A DNA stretch of 64,000 nucleotides from Octopus vulgaris (GCA_951406725.2 OX597820.1:868001-932000); one strand, 5' to 3'; positions 36,113-50,837 are shown, numbered from the stretch's first letter. Notes: generated from the sequence alone by a model not told the origin. Translations and numbers: made by a program.

Positions 36113-37684
36113 TTCAAACACCCTTTATTATTAGAAACAATTATTATTAAAGCATTATTATTATTATTGTTGTTGTTAAGAAAGCATTATTATGTTAATA
36201 ATTTAACAAACGTTATTATTGGCCTTGTACTGTTATTATTATTATTATTATTGGCTTTGTTTTGGGGGTCAGTTTGTTGTTGTTTTTGTTTAGGAGGGTG
36301 TTGCATACTCTTATTTGTAGAATTCCAACTGGTGTTGCTGTCACAGACATTCTTCCAAATCGCGTCATTCATTATTTCGGTGGAATCACAGAGAAAGGAT
36401 TATCGCTGGAATTTTTCAAATCTCATACGTTGGGAAAGAGGGCTATTACAACATTCCATGTTTCTGCCCCTCAAAAAAGAAAAGAAAGCCAAAAATGCAA
36501 GTAAACCTCACAAGGTTTAAGCTTTCGAATCGACAAAAAGGGGACTCCTTCCCCATAAAAATTCAATGAAATCATTCCCTGAATTTGGTTTTCCCCATTC
36601 TTGGGACTGCTTTCGTTCTAATTCCTTTGCTTCTCTAAAAATGAATGAATGACTTAATTTTTTTATTAATCCACGGCTTTTTGCAACAATCTTCCTTTTT
36701 CTCTTTCATTCTCCACCACCCATTTTTTTTTTTCCATTTCGAAATCTAACATTACAAGAATTTTGTTCCCACCAAAATTATATACATCGAAGCCTTCTGC
36801 TTTCTTTGCTTCTTTCACACACAAATATATTTTACAATTTTTCCTTCAGCACATCTTTCCCCTCTCTTTCATTCTCTCTCCTAGTTCCCTATTGTCCCCT
36901 TAAATAAAATTCTTTACAATGTCTTACTTTGCCCTACGTTTTCTTTCTCCGATGGTCGCTTTCGGTAATTTTTCGTTTTTCCCCCACTATTTTCGGTGAT
37001 TCCATCACTGGTGCCTTTATTGTATATTCTTCCCTTTCGTCTATTTTTCTCCGTATTGTAACCAGTATGGTTGATGTGAAGCTGTTAGATTCAAAGCCAG
37101 GAAAGAGAAATACGAGGGGGTCGGGAGAGCCATTCGATAGATTTAGATATCGAGAAATGGCGACAGATAGAGATACAAAAAGATGCAAAGATACATGCAC
37201 GTAGCTAGATAGTCAGATAAATTGACTGCAATATAGATGAATAGATAGATTGGTGGACGGATGGATAGACGGACAAATGCAGAGCTAACTAGATGACAGA
37301 GAGATGGATAGAGAGAGAGAGAGAGAGAGAGAGCAACATAGATGGATAGACTGAGAGTAAGGAAGAGAGAGAGAAAGCAAGATAGAGAGAGGGATAGAAT
37401 GATAGACAGATAGAAAGATAGATAGACAGGGATTGTCAGAGAATTAGATTGTCAATTAGATCGATAGACAGATAGATTTGAGAAGGTGATAGATGGAGAA
37501 ATGATTGGCTGGTCTTTAATGCAAGAGTCGATAAAGAAAACGAAGCGAACGGAGATCGATACGTAACGAGTGAATTTGTAGGATGGAGAGAAGAAGAGGC
37601 AAGAGAAGAAGATATGGAAGGGCGGGGGGGGGGAGCGCAAACTCCGAAAAGGAAAGCGATTACAAGAACAGCAGGTGCCCGTTG

Positions 37685-37720
<36 letters not shown>

Positions 37721-38026
37721 GAGAGAGAGATTGCGTGATAATAGAACTGGGTCGCTCACCAATATGGGGGGGGGAGGAACTAAAGCTGCATCTCGTACGT
37801 TCATTTCATTTCCACTTTGCTGGTTCTACATATTTGACATTTACCTGGGGGGGCGGGGGTTGGGATGTGTGGTGGGGGAGGGGTGGTGACGCTTACCGAA
37901 TTAGAGTTTGTACAGGATGACCCTTTCTCCAGTTTTTTACTGCATCAACACCCTCTCCCTACACACACACACATTCATAAATACACATATATGTCATGCA
38001 TTTATATAGACATACGTGTGTGCGTG

Positions 38027-38058
<32 letters not shown>

Positions 38059-38605
38059 CGTGTGTTGGATCCTGGATCCAGTTCCGTTAGGATGTCTTAA
38101 AAACGGTTGCAATTCTTACATATATTTATTTGTTCATTCAATCCTTTTCATTACCACCACTACCACCACCACTACTAATACTACCACCACCACTACTAAT
38201 ACTACCACCACCACTACTAATACTATCACCACCACTACTAATACTACTACTACCGAACGAATGTTATGATTACGATGACAACCGTCACTGCGATCATTAC
38301 TACAACATTCATCGTCATCATCATCATCATCATCACCATCACAACTGAACGTATTCTCGTGCCTTGCCGGACTTTGGTGGTGGTGTTTGATGGACGAGTT
38401 GGTGTTGCTGGTGTTGAGCTTCAGGTCAACATGAATTCAGTGAAACTATGATCAAAAATATTCCAGCCGTGACCATTGCGCAGTTTTAAGGGCACCGAAT
38501 GCGTCCGACTTTTTCTAAAGACAGCAGAATGAAATCTGCTGGGTTTGGCTGCTCTTACTAGCATCTCATCGAACGACTGCGAAGATGTACCCATTGTGTG
38601 TCGAT

Positions 38606-38805
38606 CAGTGGTTCCCAGCATTTTTAAATATCCGGACCAGATCCAAAACCTGAATTTTTCTTTAGGGGGCCGCACCGGGAAAAGGGAAACCCAAGTCAAT
38701 TAAAGAGAAATTAATTATATTTATAGAAGGAAAACTGTCGAGGGCCGCCGGAAGGATGCTTGCGGGCCACATTGCACCCTTGGGAGCTGCGGTTGAAAAC
38801 CGCTG
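38606..38805. mobile_element. hAT-type MITE
   Basis: Inverted ends CAGTGGTTCCCAGC / GGTTGAAAACCGCTG. Confidence 0.65.
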
Positions 38806-38909
38806 GCCTTAATAGATTAATACCTAGGGAGACAGACAGACAGAAAGAGACTTAGCGAACATGTTCACACAATCGGTACCACAGTCTCATGTATATACGA
38901 TGACATACG

Positions 38910-38941
<32 letters not shown>

Positions 38942-39004
38942 CATATACCAATATATTGAACTACTGAGAGGATCCATTTACAATCCATACCTGCACAGAT
39001 ATTA

Positions 39005-39058
<54 letters not shown>

Positions 39059-39554
39059 GTGCAGCCTTTTCTGCAAACGCAGACATCCTCGTTTCGTGCG
39101 GAACCATTCACTCGCAGCCACACAGAATGATCAACGCATGCAAGAATACGCATTCCGAAGTCACATGCTTCACTCCCCCCCACCTCTCTCTCTCTCTCTC
39201 TTACACAAACGACAGTCGCTTATAAATACATGTTCAAGAGCCTCTCTGTGTGTGCATGTATTTATACATGTGTATGTATGTATATATATACATGTGTATG
39301 TATGTATATATATATATACATATATATATACATGTATATATATATGTATGTATATATATATACACATGTATGTATCTTATATGTTTATACGATCAATGTA
39401 TGACTATACACACGCACACATCCACAAAACCTGCGTATATATTTGTGTGTGTGTGTGGGGGTTGTTCCATTCTTCTTAAGTCAACAACTGGTTTCCATGT
39501 TGGATCTCTTGAGTTTTACCTGTTTAATGTTCAATTTTCCATATATATATCTAC

Positions 39555-39805
39555 GGACCAGACTACCGGATGTTGTCACGCATTGCTGGTCACAGTGCGC
39601 TTCTTCCAGTTGTTGTGGCTTTCGTATGATGCCATCGAAGCGGGTCGGGCCAACGTTTCCCCGTCACTACAACGCCAATCCGTTTACTCAGTTACAACGG
39701 AGTGGAGTGTCTTGTTCAAGAACACAATGCATCACCGGTTTGGGAATCGAAACCACAATCTGGCGATCGTGAGTGCAACGCCTTAATCGCTGGGCCACAC
39801 GCCTT
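39555..39805 (-). mobile_element. tRNA SINE, head D with tail Y
   Basis: Minus strand GAAGGCGTGTGGCCCAGCG...GTTTCGATTCCC...TGTGTTCTTGAACAAGACAC...GAAGCGCACTGTGACCAGC. Confidence 0.78.
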
Positions 39806-39911
39806 CTCTCTCTCTCTCTCTCACACACACGCACACACACACGCACGTGTATGTGTATGTATATATTTGATGCTTCTCTGTATGTGTGTGTGTTTTTTCT
39901 GTATCTGTAAA

Positions 39912-39942
<31 letters not shown>

Positions 39943-39943
39943 C

Positions 39944-40098
39944 AGGGGCGGACTGAGAGTATTAAGGGCCCTCGGGCATAACTGTTTACCGGACCCGTTG
40001 AATGTATGATTTAGTAGAGTTAACATGTAGAGTGCGGGCCCCTCAGACCTCCGGGCCCTCGGGTAGTGCCCGATTGACCGACAGCTCAGTCCGCCGCT
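39944..40098. mobile_element. PIF/Harbinger-like MITE
   Basis: TIRs AGGGGCGGACTGAG / CTCAGTCCGCCGCT (13/14); TCA/TTA-like flanks. Confidence 0.7.
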
Positions 40099-40427
40099 TA
40101 TATATATATATACGTGTATTTAGTTCGTTTTGCGATATTTATTTTAGCTCACTTGGCTCTGAGTTCGATTCTCGCCGAGGGTGGCGTTACTCTTCATAAT
40201 TTCGGGATCGATGAAGGGTAAAACAAATGCTGGGTTAGAATTTTATCATTTTTTTAAAGGATTCTTTCACCTTGTTTCTTTCCTTCTGGAAGAAACCTTC
40301 TCAGGTCCTACATGCACACGGGTATCACTGATGTATTATGCAACATGGACCTAATAGTATCCAAATTCATACAAACACAGACAGATTGTGTGTTGTTGTT
40401 GTTATTATTATTATTATTATGTTATAA

Positions 40428-41100
40428 GGCGGCGAGCTGGCAGAGTCGTTAGCGCGCTGGACGAAATGCTTAGCGGTATTTTGTGCATCTTTATGTTCTG
40501 AGTTCAAATTCCGCCGAGGTCGACTTTGTCTTTCATCCTTTCGGGGTCGATGAAATAAGTACCAGTTACGCACTGGGCTCGATATAGTCTACTAACCCCC
40601 TCCCCCAAAGGCCTTTATACCTAGAGCAGAAATAATTGTCATTATGTTACCCAAAAGGGTGAGCAGGCAGAATCGTTAGCATGCCGGACAAAAGGCGTAG
40701 CGACATTTCGTCCGTCTTTACGTTCTGAAATCAAATTTTGCCGAGGTTGACGTCGTCTTTGATCCTTTCGGGGTCGATAAGTTAAGTACAGGTTGAACAC
40801 TGGGGTTGAGGTTATCGACTGTCTCCCACCCCTAAAAATGAGTGACCCTGAGCTAAAATCTGAGCCAATATTATTATGATACATAAGGAGACGACGTGGA
40901 AAAATTGTTACCATGCCGGACAAAATGCTTAACGGCGTTTCGTCCGTCTTTACGCTCTGAGTTCAAATTCCGCCGAAGATGACTTTGATTTTCATCCTTT
41001 GGGGGTTAGTAAAAGAAGTGCCTGTTGAGGTCTGGGGTTAATGCAACGTTCTGACCCTTCACCCCAAATTGTAGGCCTTTTAACTTATAATAGAAAGAGT
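40428..41100 (+). mobile_element. Three head-to-tail SINE family A copies
   Basis: Copies start near 40428, 40657 and 40900. Confidence 0.8.
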
Positions 41101-41219
41101 TATGATAGATAGATATAAACATGCGTGCGTATATGTGTGTGTTTGTGTAGTAAATATATTTGCATATATGTGTATAGGTATTTAACTTCTGGTTTCAGCC
41201 AGAGGCTGAGGTCATGTGT

Positions 41220-41232
41220 AGATGACAGATAG

Positions 41233-41263
<31 letters not shown>

Positions 41264-41286
41264 GAGATAGAAAGATAGAAAGATAA

Positions 41287-41384
<98 letters not shown>

Positions 41385-41480
41385 TAGATAGATAGATAGA
41401 TTAGATAGATAGATATAAATAGATAGACAGAGATAGATAGATATAGATAGATATTAATAGAGATAGATATAGATAGATAC
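41220..41480. repeat. (GATA)n microsatellite
   Basis: Direct. Confidence 0.93.
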
Positions 41481-41867
41481 ATATATATAAGCAACAGACG
41501 TGACTGTTGTAACGCCAACCACTGTGCTATAAAAATGGTTGTAGTAGTAGTAGTAGTATGTGGTGACGATAGTGGAGCGATAGTACTTGTTGTGGTAGTA
41601 ATAGTGTCTCTGTCGTGGTAGTCATGGTAGTGATTGTGCAGTCGAGTGGAAACAGTAATTAACGGCGGCGGTGGTGTAGTAATATGCATTTATAGTAGCG
41701 GTGTCTGTAGTGGTGCAATAGGGTGTAGATAGTAGTAGTAGTAGTAGTAGTAGTAGCGGTGGTAGTGGTGGTGGTGGTGGTGGTGGAGGTGGTGCAGTAA
41801 TGTAGTAGTATGATATAGTAGGGTTGTTTCAACTATAGCTGTTGCAGAAACGGTAGCAGTAGCACCT

Positions 41868-41915
<48 letters not shown>

Positions 41916-42308
41916 ATCATAGTTGCGGTAGCAACAGTGGCAGTGGTGGTGGTAGTAGTAATCGGGGCGGCGAAGGTGATGGTGGTAGTTGTGGCGGGAG
42001 ATGGTAATGGTTGTAGCGGCAGCAGTGGTTGTGGTGGTACTAGTGATAATAGTTGTGGCTGCGGCGGCAGTAGTGGTGGTGGTGGTGGTGGTTGTGATGG
42101 CAGCAATACTAGTATCGGTAGTAGTAGTTGTAGCTGTTGTTGTGATAGTAGGCTTGTTAGTAGCTGTAGTACTATTAGTATTAGTCGGTGTCTTGCTATA
42201 ATAGCAGTTTTCAAGAAGCAGCAGAAATTTGTCTGCCATCTGTGCTGCAGGTGGTACGTGCCTATATAAATAGGTGTGTGCATACATGTATGTGTATATG
42301 CGCGCGCA

Positions 42309-42361
<53 letters not shown>

Positions 42362-42574
42362 GTGCGTGTGTGTGTGTGTGCGCATGTGTGTGTGAAAGCA
42401 AGGCTGAGAGGGAACAGATGAAGCAAGGAAGCCAAGATGGAGGTTGCAGCCCCGTTTTTGAAAACCCATGACAGAACAGAAAAGGGGCTGGCGACTAGAT
42501 TTCGTTCTGTTTCAAAACTGATGGGGACCAATAGGGGTCTCCTTTTCTTTTCCATTTAAAAATTTTCTTTTATA

Positions 42575-42643
<69 letters not shown>

Positions 42644-42810
42644 TTCACTCTCTTTTCCCCACCAAATATAGACGAATATTTTTTTGTGGGAAAAAGGTGG
42701 ACGATGGAGGATGATAAAAATAAGGAAAAGTTTCTGCCGAAATTTATTTCTATTTTGTGTTTTGTGTTTTGTAGAGATCTACAACATGCAGGGTTTGTTT
42801 GTTTTTCTCT

Positions 42811-42854
<44 letters not shown>

Positions 42855-43196
42855 ATACACATATATGCATACGTATGTATACACACACATATGCATACAT
42901 AAATGTGTGTATATGTGTATGTATATATACACACCAATGTATGTATGCATATATATATTATATATGCATACATTTATGCTTATATATATATATATGTACA
43001 TATGAATATATGTATACATATATATATACGCACATATATTTACATGTATATTATACACACACACACACACATATAATATATATGTTATATACACACACAT
43101 GTATATGTGTGTGTGTAGGTGTGTGTTTTAACCATTATGTATATATGTAAATAAATACAATGAAATTCTTTCTCTCTCACACTCATTCTCTTTCTT

Positions 43197-43233
<37 letters not shown>

Positions 43234-43335
43234 CTCTGTCTCTCTCTCTCCAACAGATTGATTGCGAGATAGACTGAAATAGATACGAACTTCACATGAA
43301 CATATGTGAAAATACATAGATGTGTACATGAATGA

Positions 43336-43377
<42 letters not shown>

Positions 43378-43698
43378 CATACATACATGCATGTGTACTT
43401 GTGTGTAAACTGCAGACCTATAAATGAGCATTGCTTACACAAGAAACCTACTGCACCTCCAAAGACCACAGGCCCATTTGACATCACCACCACCACCACC
43501 ACCACCACCATCATCATCATCATTCGTAACTACAAAACCACCTGCCTTTCGCACCATCATCACCACAATCACCATAATCAACAGAGACTTTGTCGTCATC
43601 GTCGTCGACATCCTCACCGTCACCATGACAACCATCAACGCCGCCAGCCCCACCGCCGCCGCTCATCAAACAACGAACCGATAAAGGAGCCTTTACAT

Positions 43699-44095
43699 CA
43701 GTGCTTGTCAACCCTTTTTTTACCCTATGGACCCCTTCTGGTTCCTTTTTTTAATCCGGGTGGATCTTCAAAGCCATTCGATGTTTAAAAAGAAAAAAAC
43801 TATTGTATTTTTTTATAATTAAATGTTTTTAGGAATTGTAATTAAAACAGTGGATTGTGGAATTAATTACTCATTAACCTGTTTCAGTCGTTTGACTGCG
43901 GCCATGCTGGAGCACCGCCTTTAGTCGAACAAATCGACCCCAGAACTTATTCATTGTAAGCCTCGTACTTATTCTATCGGCCTCTTTTGCCGAACCGCTA
44001 GTTACGGGGACGTAAACACACCAACATCGGTTGTCAATCGATGATAGGGGGACAAACACAAACATACAAGCACACACACATATATATTTATACTT

Positions 44096-44143
<48 letters not shown>

Positions 44144-44309
44144 ACATATACATATTTATAGTTATATATATATTTATTTATAGTTATATATATATAGTTG
44201 GAATTTACAAAAAACAAAAGACGAAGACAGGTGTGTAAACAACAAACAGTTGTATTAGTTTAACGCTTGGGAAGGTGAGAAAGTCTTTTACGTTTCGAGC
44301 CTACGCTCG

Positions 44310-44369
<60 letters not shown>

Positions 44370-44431
44370 CACACATATTTATATATGATTGGATTCTTAA
44401 GGGTCATTTGGACCCAGGTTGAGAACCACTG
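43699..44431. mobile_element. hAT-type MITE with nested SINE B and a hammerhead-like repeat fragment
   Basis: Ends CAGTGCTTGTCAACC / GGTTGAGAACCACTG; SINE B on the minus strand at about 43875-44060. Confidence 0.7.
44285..44312 (-). ncRNA. Truncated hammerhead-like motif
   Basis: UGAC-GAGC(guag)GCUC-GAAA-CG-UA-AAAG; the 5' part is replaced by (TA)n. Confidence 0.4.
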
Positions 44432-44502
44432 TTCTACCTTGTTCGATCTGCTAGAACTAGAAGCTAAATCTCTAGATCATATCCTATCTCTTTAAATGAG
44501 AA

Positions 44503-44537
<35 letters not shown>

Positions 44538-45794
44538 TTAACGGTGGAAAAGTAGATATTATGAATTATGGAATGGGCATGGCTAGAAAGCTTTTAATCA
44601 TAATCAGAGCTGAGCTGGGGCTAAACAACAACATTCTCGTTGTTATTATCATCTTCACGTTCTGAGTTCAAATCCCGCCGAGGTCAACTTTACCTTTCGT
44701 CCTTTTCGGGGTCGATAAAAGAAGTACCAGTTAAATACTAGGGTCGATGTTATCGGTTAAGTCCCTCCCGCAAAATTTGAGGCGTTGCGCCTGTAGTAGA
44801 AAGGATCATCATCATCATCATCATCGTCATCATCGTCATCATCGTCATCATCGTCATCATCGTCATCGTCGTCGTCGTCTGAGATGTCCGTCCAACTTTA
44901 GCTGCTGCAACGCCATCATCATCATGTCTCCTATGGCAACAGCCATGACAACTGCAATCATTGCAACCACCACCACCACCACCATCACATCGACTACCTT
45001 CATTACCAGCGCCACTATCACCATAACAATGACCAGTAGCATCACCACCACCACCACCACCACCACCATTTTTGTGGCCGTCATCACAGCCATCACATCC
45101 ACTTTTTCACAACAAACTACCACTCAACACCATCGCAACTACAACCACCACTATCGACCACCACCCATACCCCGGGGTTATTCCTTTTCTTTGCCTAGTG
45201 CCTGCGTTTATGGGATGGGGGTACGGTGGGGTGTAGTAGGGGTAGCGGACACACAGACAAAAAGAAGTGGGGTACAGCAAAGTAGTTTGTCCCCACCTCG
45301 CTTGTATTTGTTAAACTTTCTCGGTGCCCTACCCGAGCTCACACCCTGAACAGGGGCGTACACACACACACACACACACATACGCGTCTACATGTAACCC
45401 CAGCAGCGTGTACACATGATCTGCTGTCAACCAGTCGCTTAAGATAATGAAAATAACTTTCATAATATGATTCCTCCACTCCGTCCCCTTTTCATATGTC
45501 CCCCCATCTTTCTTCTTCTCCTCATCCTCCTCCTCTTTCACCTCCTACCTCCGTCCCCCCACCCCACTCTATCCTTTCCAAGTGTTTCGTTGTCTGTCTG
45601 ATGTGACCTGAATTTCTTCTCTACTCCACACACACACACACACACACACATGCACAGACAAACAGACAGACATTATCCACCCCTTTCTACCTTCATAATC
45701 CCATCACTCCACCCGAAAATCTACTCCTCTCTAGCATTCTTATTATGACACCCCTTACAACAACCTATACGCCATTATTTGTATTATTGGGTTT

Positions 45795-46782
45795 TACACT
45801 CTGAGTTCAAATCCCGACGAGGTCGAATTTGCCTTTCATCCTTTCGGGGTCGATAAATTAAGTACCAGTTGCGTACTGGGGTCGATTTAATTGACTGGCC
45901 CCCCTCCCCCAAAATTTCTGGCCTTGTACCTAGAGTAGAAAAAAAATATTCGTATTTTTAGATTTTTAAGGTCTGAGTTCAAATCCCGCTGAGGTTGACT
46001 TTGCTTCTCATCCTTTTGGGCTCGGCAAATTAAGTACCAGTTACGTTCCGGGGTTCGATGTAATCGACTTAGCCCTCTCACTTCAAAATTGCTAGTCTTG
46101 TGCCAAAAATTACCAGGAATTTAGTATAATTATTGCTGCTGTTATTGTTATTAAGGCCTCGGGTTGGCACAATTGTTAGTTCGCCGGACAAAACTGCTTA
46201 GGGGCACTTCAACCGACTTTCTGTTCTGAGTTCCGATTCCGATGAGATCGACTTTGCTGCTCACCCTTTCGGGGTCGGTAAAATAAGTTCCAGTCGAGTA
46301 CTTATTTATCCTCCTCTCCGCAAAAGTTTCAGGCCTTGTGCCTATAGTAGAAAGGATTATTATTATTAATATACGATAATACTATTATTCTTTTCTACTC
46401 GATGCACAAAGCCCGAAATTTTGGTGGGGAGAGGGCCAGTCGATGAGATCGACCCCAGTATGCAACTGGTACTTAATTTATTGACTCCGAAAGGACGAAA
46501 AGCAAAGTCGATCTCGGTGGAATTTGAACTCAGAACATAACGGCAGACGAAATACCTATTTCTTTATTACCCACAAGGGGCTAAACACAGAGGGAACAAA
46601 CAAGGACAGACATAGGTATTAAGTCGATTACATCGACCCAGTTCGTAACTGGTACTTAATTTATCGACCCCGAAAGGATGAAAGGCAAAGTCAACCTCGG
46701 CGGAATTTGAACTCACAACGTAACGCAGACGAAATACGGCTAAGCATTTCGCCCTAACCTGTCTGCCAGCCCGTCGCCGCCT
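45795..46782. mobile_element. Cluster of five SINE family A copies (three +, then a - dimer)
   Basis: Repeated CTGAGTTCAAAT...GGGGTCGATAAATTAAGTACCAG blocks in both orientations. Confidence 0.82.
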
Positions 46783-47381
46783 TACCACACTACTCCTATT
46801 CCACCACTCTTCTCAAAATCATTGCTGTCAACACTTTCAACTGACACTGCCTTCCTATCGCTAACGGTAGCCATCATCGCTATTATTGCCACAACAACCA
46901 TTTTCCATAACCACCCAAGCAACCCGAGTGTGTTCACTCGCCCTTCTAGAAATAGCAGCCGAATCTTCGCTCTCCCACCCCTTACTCCTCAAAATCACAG
47001 CTTAATGCTTAAAAAGAAAACGAAAAAGAAAGGCCATATTACTGACGGTAGTTTTCTTTTTTTTTTTAGATATAGTCTGAAAAAAAAAGGACGAGATGGT
47101 CACGGTTAGAATATCTTTGATCAGAGGTGTAATCAAAATAAACATCACTACTTCTGTCACTGTGAGTTAACGAGGCAGCCCCTACGTAGTCGGTTTGTCT
47201 GCTAGAAATAGTAGCACTCAAATCATAACATCTTTTTTTTAAAAAAAAGACATAACAGTGTTTATACTGTAGTTTCAGACAGGATTGTGTGGCATCTTGG
47301 GCAATGGCCCCCGGGTCGACCAATGCTCTCTTTGTCGGTGAAGTTGGTTGATGCAAACTGTGTAGAAGCACGTTGTGTGTG

Positions 47382-47513
47382 ATTTGTTTCTAACAGTTGA
47401 ACTCGAAGTAGGTAGAGCTATAAATAAAAACGTGTAAATATTGGGCTAAAGATGCCTTTGACTTTTCTCATTTATAGCTTTATCTACCTCGAGTTCAACC
47501 GTTAAAAACAAAT
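47382..47513. repeat. Fold-back with ~44-bp arms (probable MITE) inside a SINE B copy
   Basis: ATTTGTTTCTAACAGTTGAACTCGAAGTAGGTAGAGCTATAAAT / ATTTATAGCTTTATCTACCTCGAGTTCAACCGTTAAAAACAAAT. Confidence 0.8.
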
Positions 47514-48400
47514 TATGTCACGTTCGCTCGAAGTTTCTAAATTCTTATGACGTAAACATGGTTGCGTGTCTTTATGTTTGTGCCCCTTCCACCGCTTGAC
47601 AACCAATGTGGACTTGACGTCCCTATAACTTAGTAGTTCGACACAAGGAACCGATAGAATAAGTAAGACTTTAAAAACCTTTCAAGGCGGTGCTCCAGCA
47701 TGGCTGTAGCCAAAGGACTGAAACAGGCAAAAGTTAAACAAAACGAGGCTGAAAGGTTTTTGGTCCTCAGTCTACATGGACCATAGCTGCCCTAAGTAAA
47801 ACGACATCATTCTTAATTACGATCGCAAGTGAAGGAGTCTCTAGGCTTGCTCGACTTGTTAAAAAGAGCAGCCGAATCTTTCAATCAGTACCTTACCGCC
47901 TTTATAAAAATACATTAGATATTGTGATGCTTAAAATGGTCATAGGTCTGCTCTATCAGAGCTGGCTTGAGGGTTAAAAAAGGGAAGGAAAAAAAAACGA
48001 AGGAAAACAAAAGAACACCGCCTCCATCACCACCATTACGACCGCCGCCGCCGCCGCCACCACCCCGTCTACTGTCATCAACGCTGCGGTACAATCTCAC
48101 ATATATGTAATATAGTATAGTGAGTCGAAAAACCTCGATTAAACTGGGTCTATGCATTTCATAAACAAAGCCCTTTCAGCAAGTGTGTTTGATACTTAAA
48201 ACCAACAACAAGCAAGGGAGATAATTACAATAAGATCAGATAACTGTAGTAATTTGGGGGGAATATATAAGCTAAGCAATTGGGAGAGGAGCTCGTATTT
48301 AAGGGCAACGAATGAAATAGAAGAAACAGAAGTGTATTGGTCTTATTAGATCTCTAATACTCATAATCATCGTAATATATTCCTTCAATTTCCGTTTGCG

Positions 48401-48434
48401 TATACATACATACATACATACATACATACATACA

Positions 48435-48466
<32 letters not shown>

Positions 48467-48526
48467 CGTACATACATATACATACATATATATACATACA
48501 TACATACATACATACATACATACACA

Positions 48527-48558
<32 letters not shown>

Positions 48559-48618
48559 CATACATACATATACATACATACATATATATATACATACATA
48601 CATACATACATATATATA

Positions 48619-48650
<32 letters not shown>

Positions 48651-48789
48651 CATACATACATACATACATATACATACATACATATACATACATACATATA
48701 CATACATACATATATATATATACATACATACATATACATACATACATATACATACATATACATACATACATATATATATACATACATAT
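48401..48789. repeat. (TACA)n/(TA)n compound microsatellite
   Basis: Direct. Confidence 0.95.
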
Positions 48790-49863
48790 CGTTTTTGTAT
48801 CTGGTTGGAAAGATTCTTTATGTGAGTCAACAACTATTGAAAAGGTTGCAAGACGCAACGAAAATTAAATTTAAAAAATAACCTCACCGGTGAATGTGTT
48901 AAATTATGAGGCACTGAAAGAGAATGACTCTCCTCAGACACAACAGCATATATATATCCTCCATCGTAGGTTTACTCTTTCACAGCTGAGTGGACTGAAC
49001 CAACGTAAAATGAAGTGTCTTACTTGAGAACCCAACAACTGCCCAGTCCAGGAACCGAAACCACGACCTTGAGTATAGATCGTACTATCTTTTACTTGAT
49101 TCTAACAAGTGGAGTCCGACTTACGCACGGGGCAAAGCTAAAACTCTGAAGGGGGGGAAACAATTTAATTACCAAAATTTAACACTAAATTAGAGGTGCG
49201 ACTTATACACGAGTAAATACGATATGCCTTTTGAGGACTCTTTGGGCTGTGAGACACCCAAGCTGGAGCATGTTTAGCTTACGTCAAAATGCAGCGTGGT
49301 TTTGATCAGAGGTTTACCTGGTTAGTGTTGTCCTGGTGTTAAACAACGATACCACCAACTGCTGCTTTTACACGCTTCAGCTCCTCGCTGTTAGACTTAT
49401 TGCTTGCACCGTTACAACCGTGACCTTAGATTCGAAAAGCGTGGAAAGGTTTTGTTTAGTGTCGTGTCTCTCTTCCTCATCTCTGTGATTCCAGTTGGCC
49501 AACGTGCAATCGCTAAGTTCTGCAGTTCGAAACCACCAACAGCAGCGCAATCCTCGTCGTGCGGCCGCTTTTCCTCACTTTCTGATGCTCACATTTTTTT
49601 TTATCTCTCAAACTCACAAACATATTCTCCAACACATACACACACACACACACACATACTTAGATAGAGGGATACATGCATACATGCGGATGTTCGTGTA
49701 TACATACACATTTATACTAAGTCTGTATACATCAGCAGATGCACCTCAGTCAAGAGCATAGTTTCGTACCTTCACACATATCAACCCCCCCCCCACCCAC
49801 ACACACACAAGCTTCATAAGTATCAATAACAAAACTCTCGGTCCTTGAGTCGCTCTGCCGATT

Positions 49864-50232
49864 GCTGTGTGGTAAGTAGCTTGCTTACCAACCACATGGT
49901 TCCGGGTTCAGTCCCACTGCATGGCAATTTGGGCAAGTGTCTTCTATAGCCTCGGGCCGACCAAAGCCTTGTGAGTGGATTTGGTAGACGGAAACTGAAA
50001 GAAGCCCTTCGCATATATATATGTATATTTGTGTGTCTATGTTTGTCTCCTCATCATCGCTTGACAACCGATGTTGGTGTGTTTATGTCCCCGTAACTTA
50101 GCGGTTCGACAAAAGAGACCGATAGAATAAGTACTAGGCTTACAAAGAATACGTCCTGGGGATCGATTTGTTCGACTAAGGGCGGTGCTCCAGCATGGCC
50201 GCAGTCAAATGACTGAAACAAGTAAAAGAATA
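49864..50232 (+). mobile_element. SINE family B, nearly complete
   Basis: Match to 7696-8120. Confidence 0.88.
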
Positions 50233-50619
50233 AAACAAAATACATACGCATTTATGTGTATATGTCTCTCCCCCTCCCTCTCCTCTCTCTCCCCCCTCTT
50301 CACACACACACACACTCAATTGCATGCTTGACTGGTCACAGGACACAATATTTTTGCATGAGTGAGTGCACACACAAAAACACACGCATGCACACACACA
50401 CTTGTTAGACCAACAGCTTTGCATTTACACAAATACGCACTGAAGCGTGAAACATTTTCATAGAAAACCAAGCACACACACACACACACTCACCCTGATG
50501 TTTGTATATACCACCCCACCTCTCCTGTACCCTCTTCATAGTGCAATCTAGCATAAATTAACATGCAATATGCACACAACCACTTTACACATTAGCTAAG
50601 CAGGCTCTGGAATCATATA

Positions 50620-50837
50620 CAGTAATCCGTCGACTATCGCGGGTGTTACGTTCCAAAAACCCCCGCGATAGGTGAAAATCCGCGAAGTAGAAACAGTACT
50701 GCACTGTATATATAGTTTAATTATTATTTAATTTGCATATATTTTATTATAAATTCAAAACAACACCATGTAGGAATCGATGTAAGCTTAAATAATAAAC
50801 CGCGATAAGTGAACCGCGATATGGTGAGGGATTATTG
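50620..50837. mobile_element. Tigger/pogo-type MITE
   Basis: TA|CAGTAATCCGTCGACTATCGCGG ... CCGCGATATGGTGAGGGATTATTG|TA; TA TSD. Confidence 0.82.

Noticed and set aside
41690-42469. 259-aa Q/P/T-rich ORF
   Set aside because: A concatenation of trinucleotide and dinucleotide repeats with no splice or domain support.
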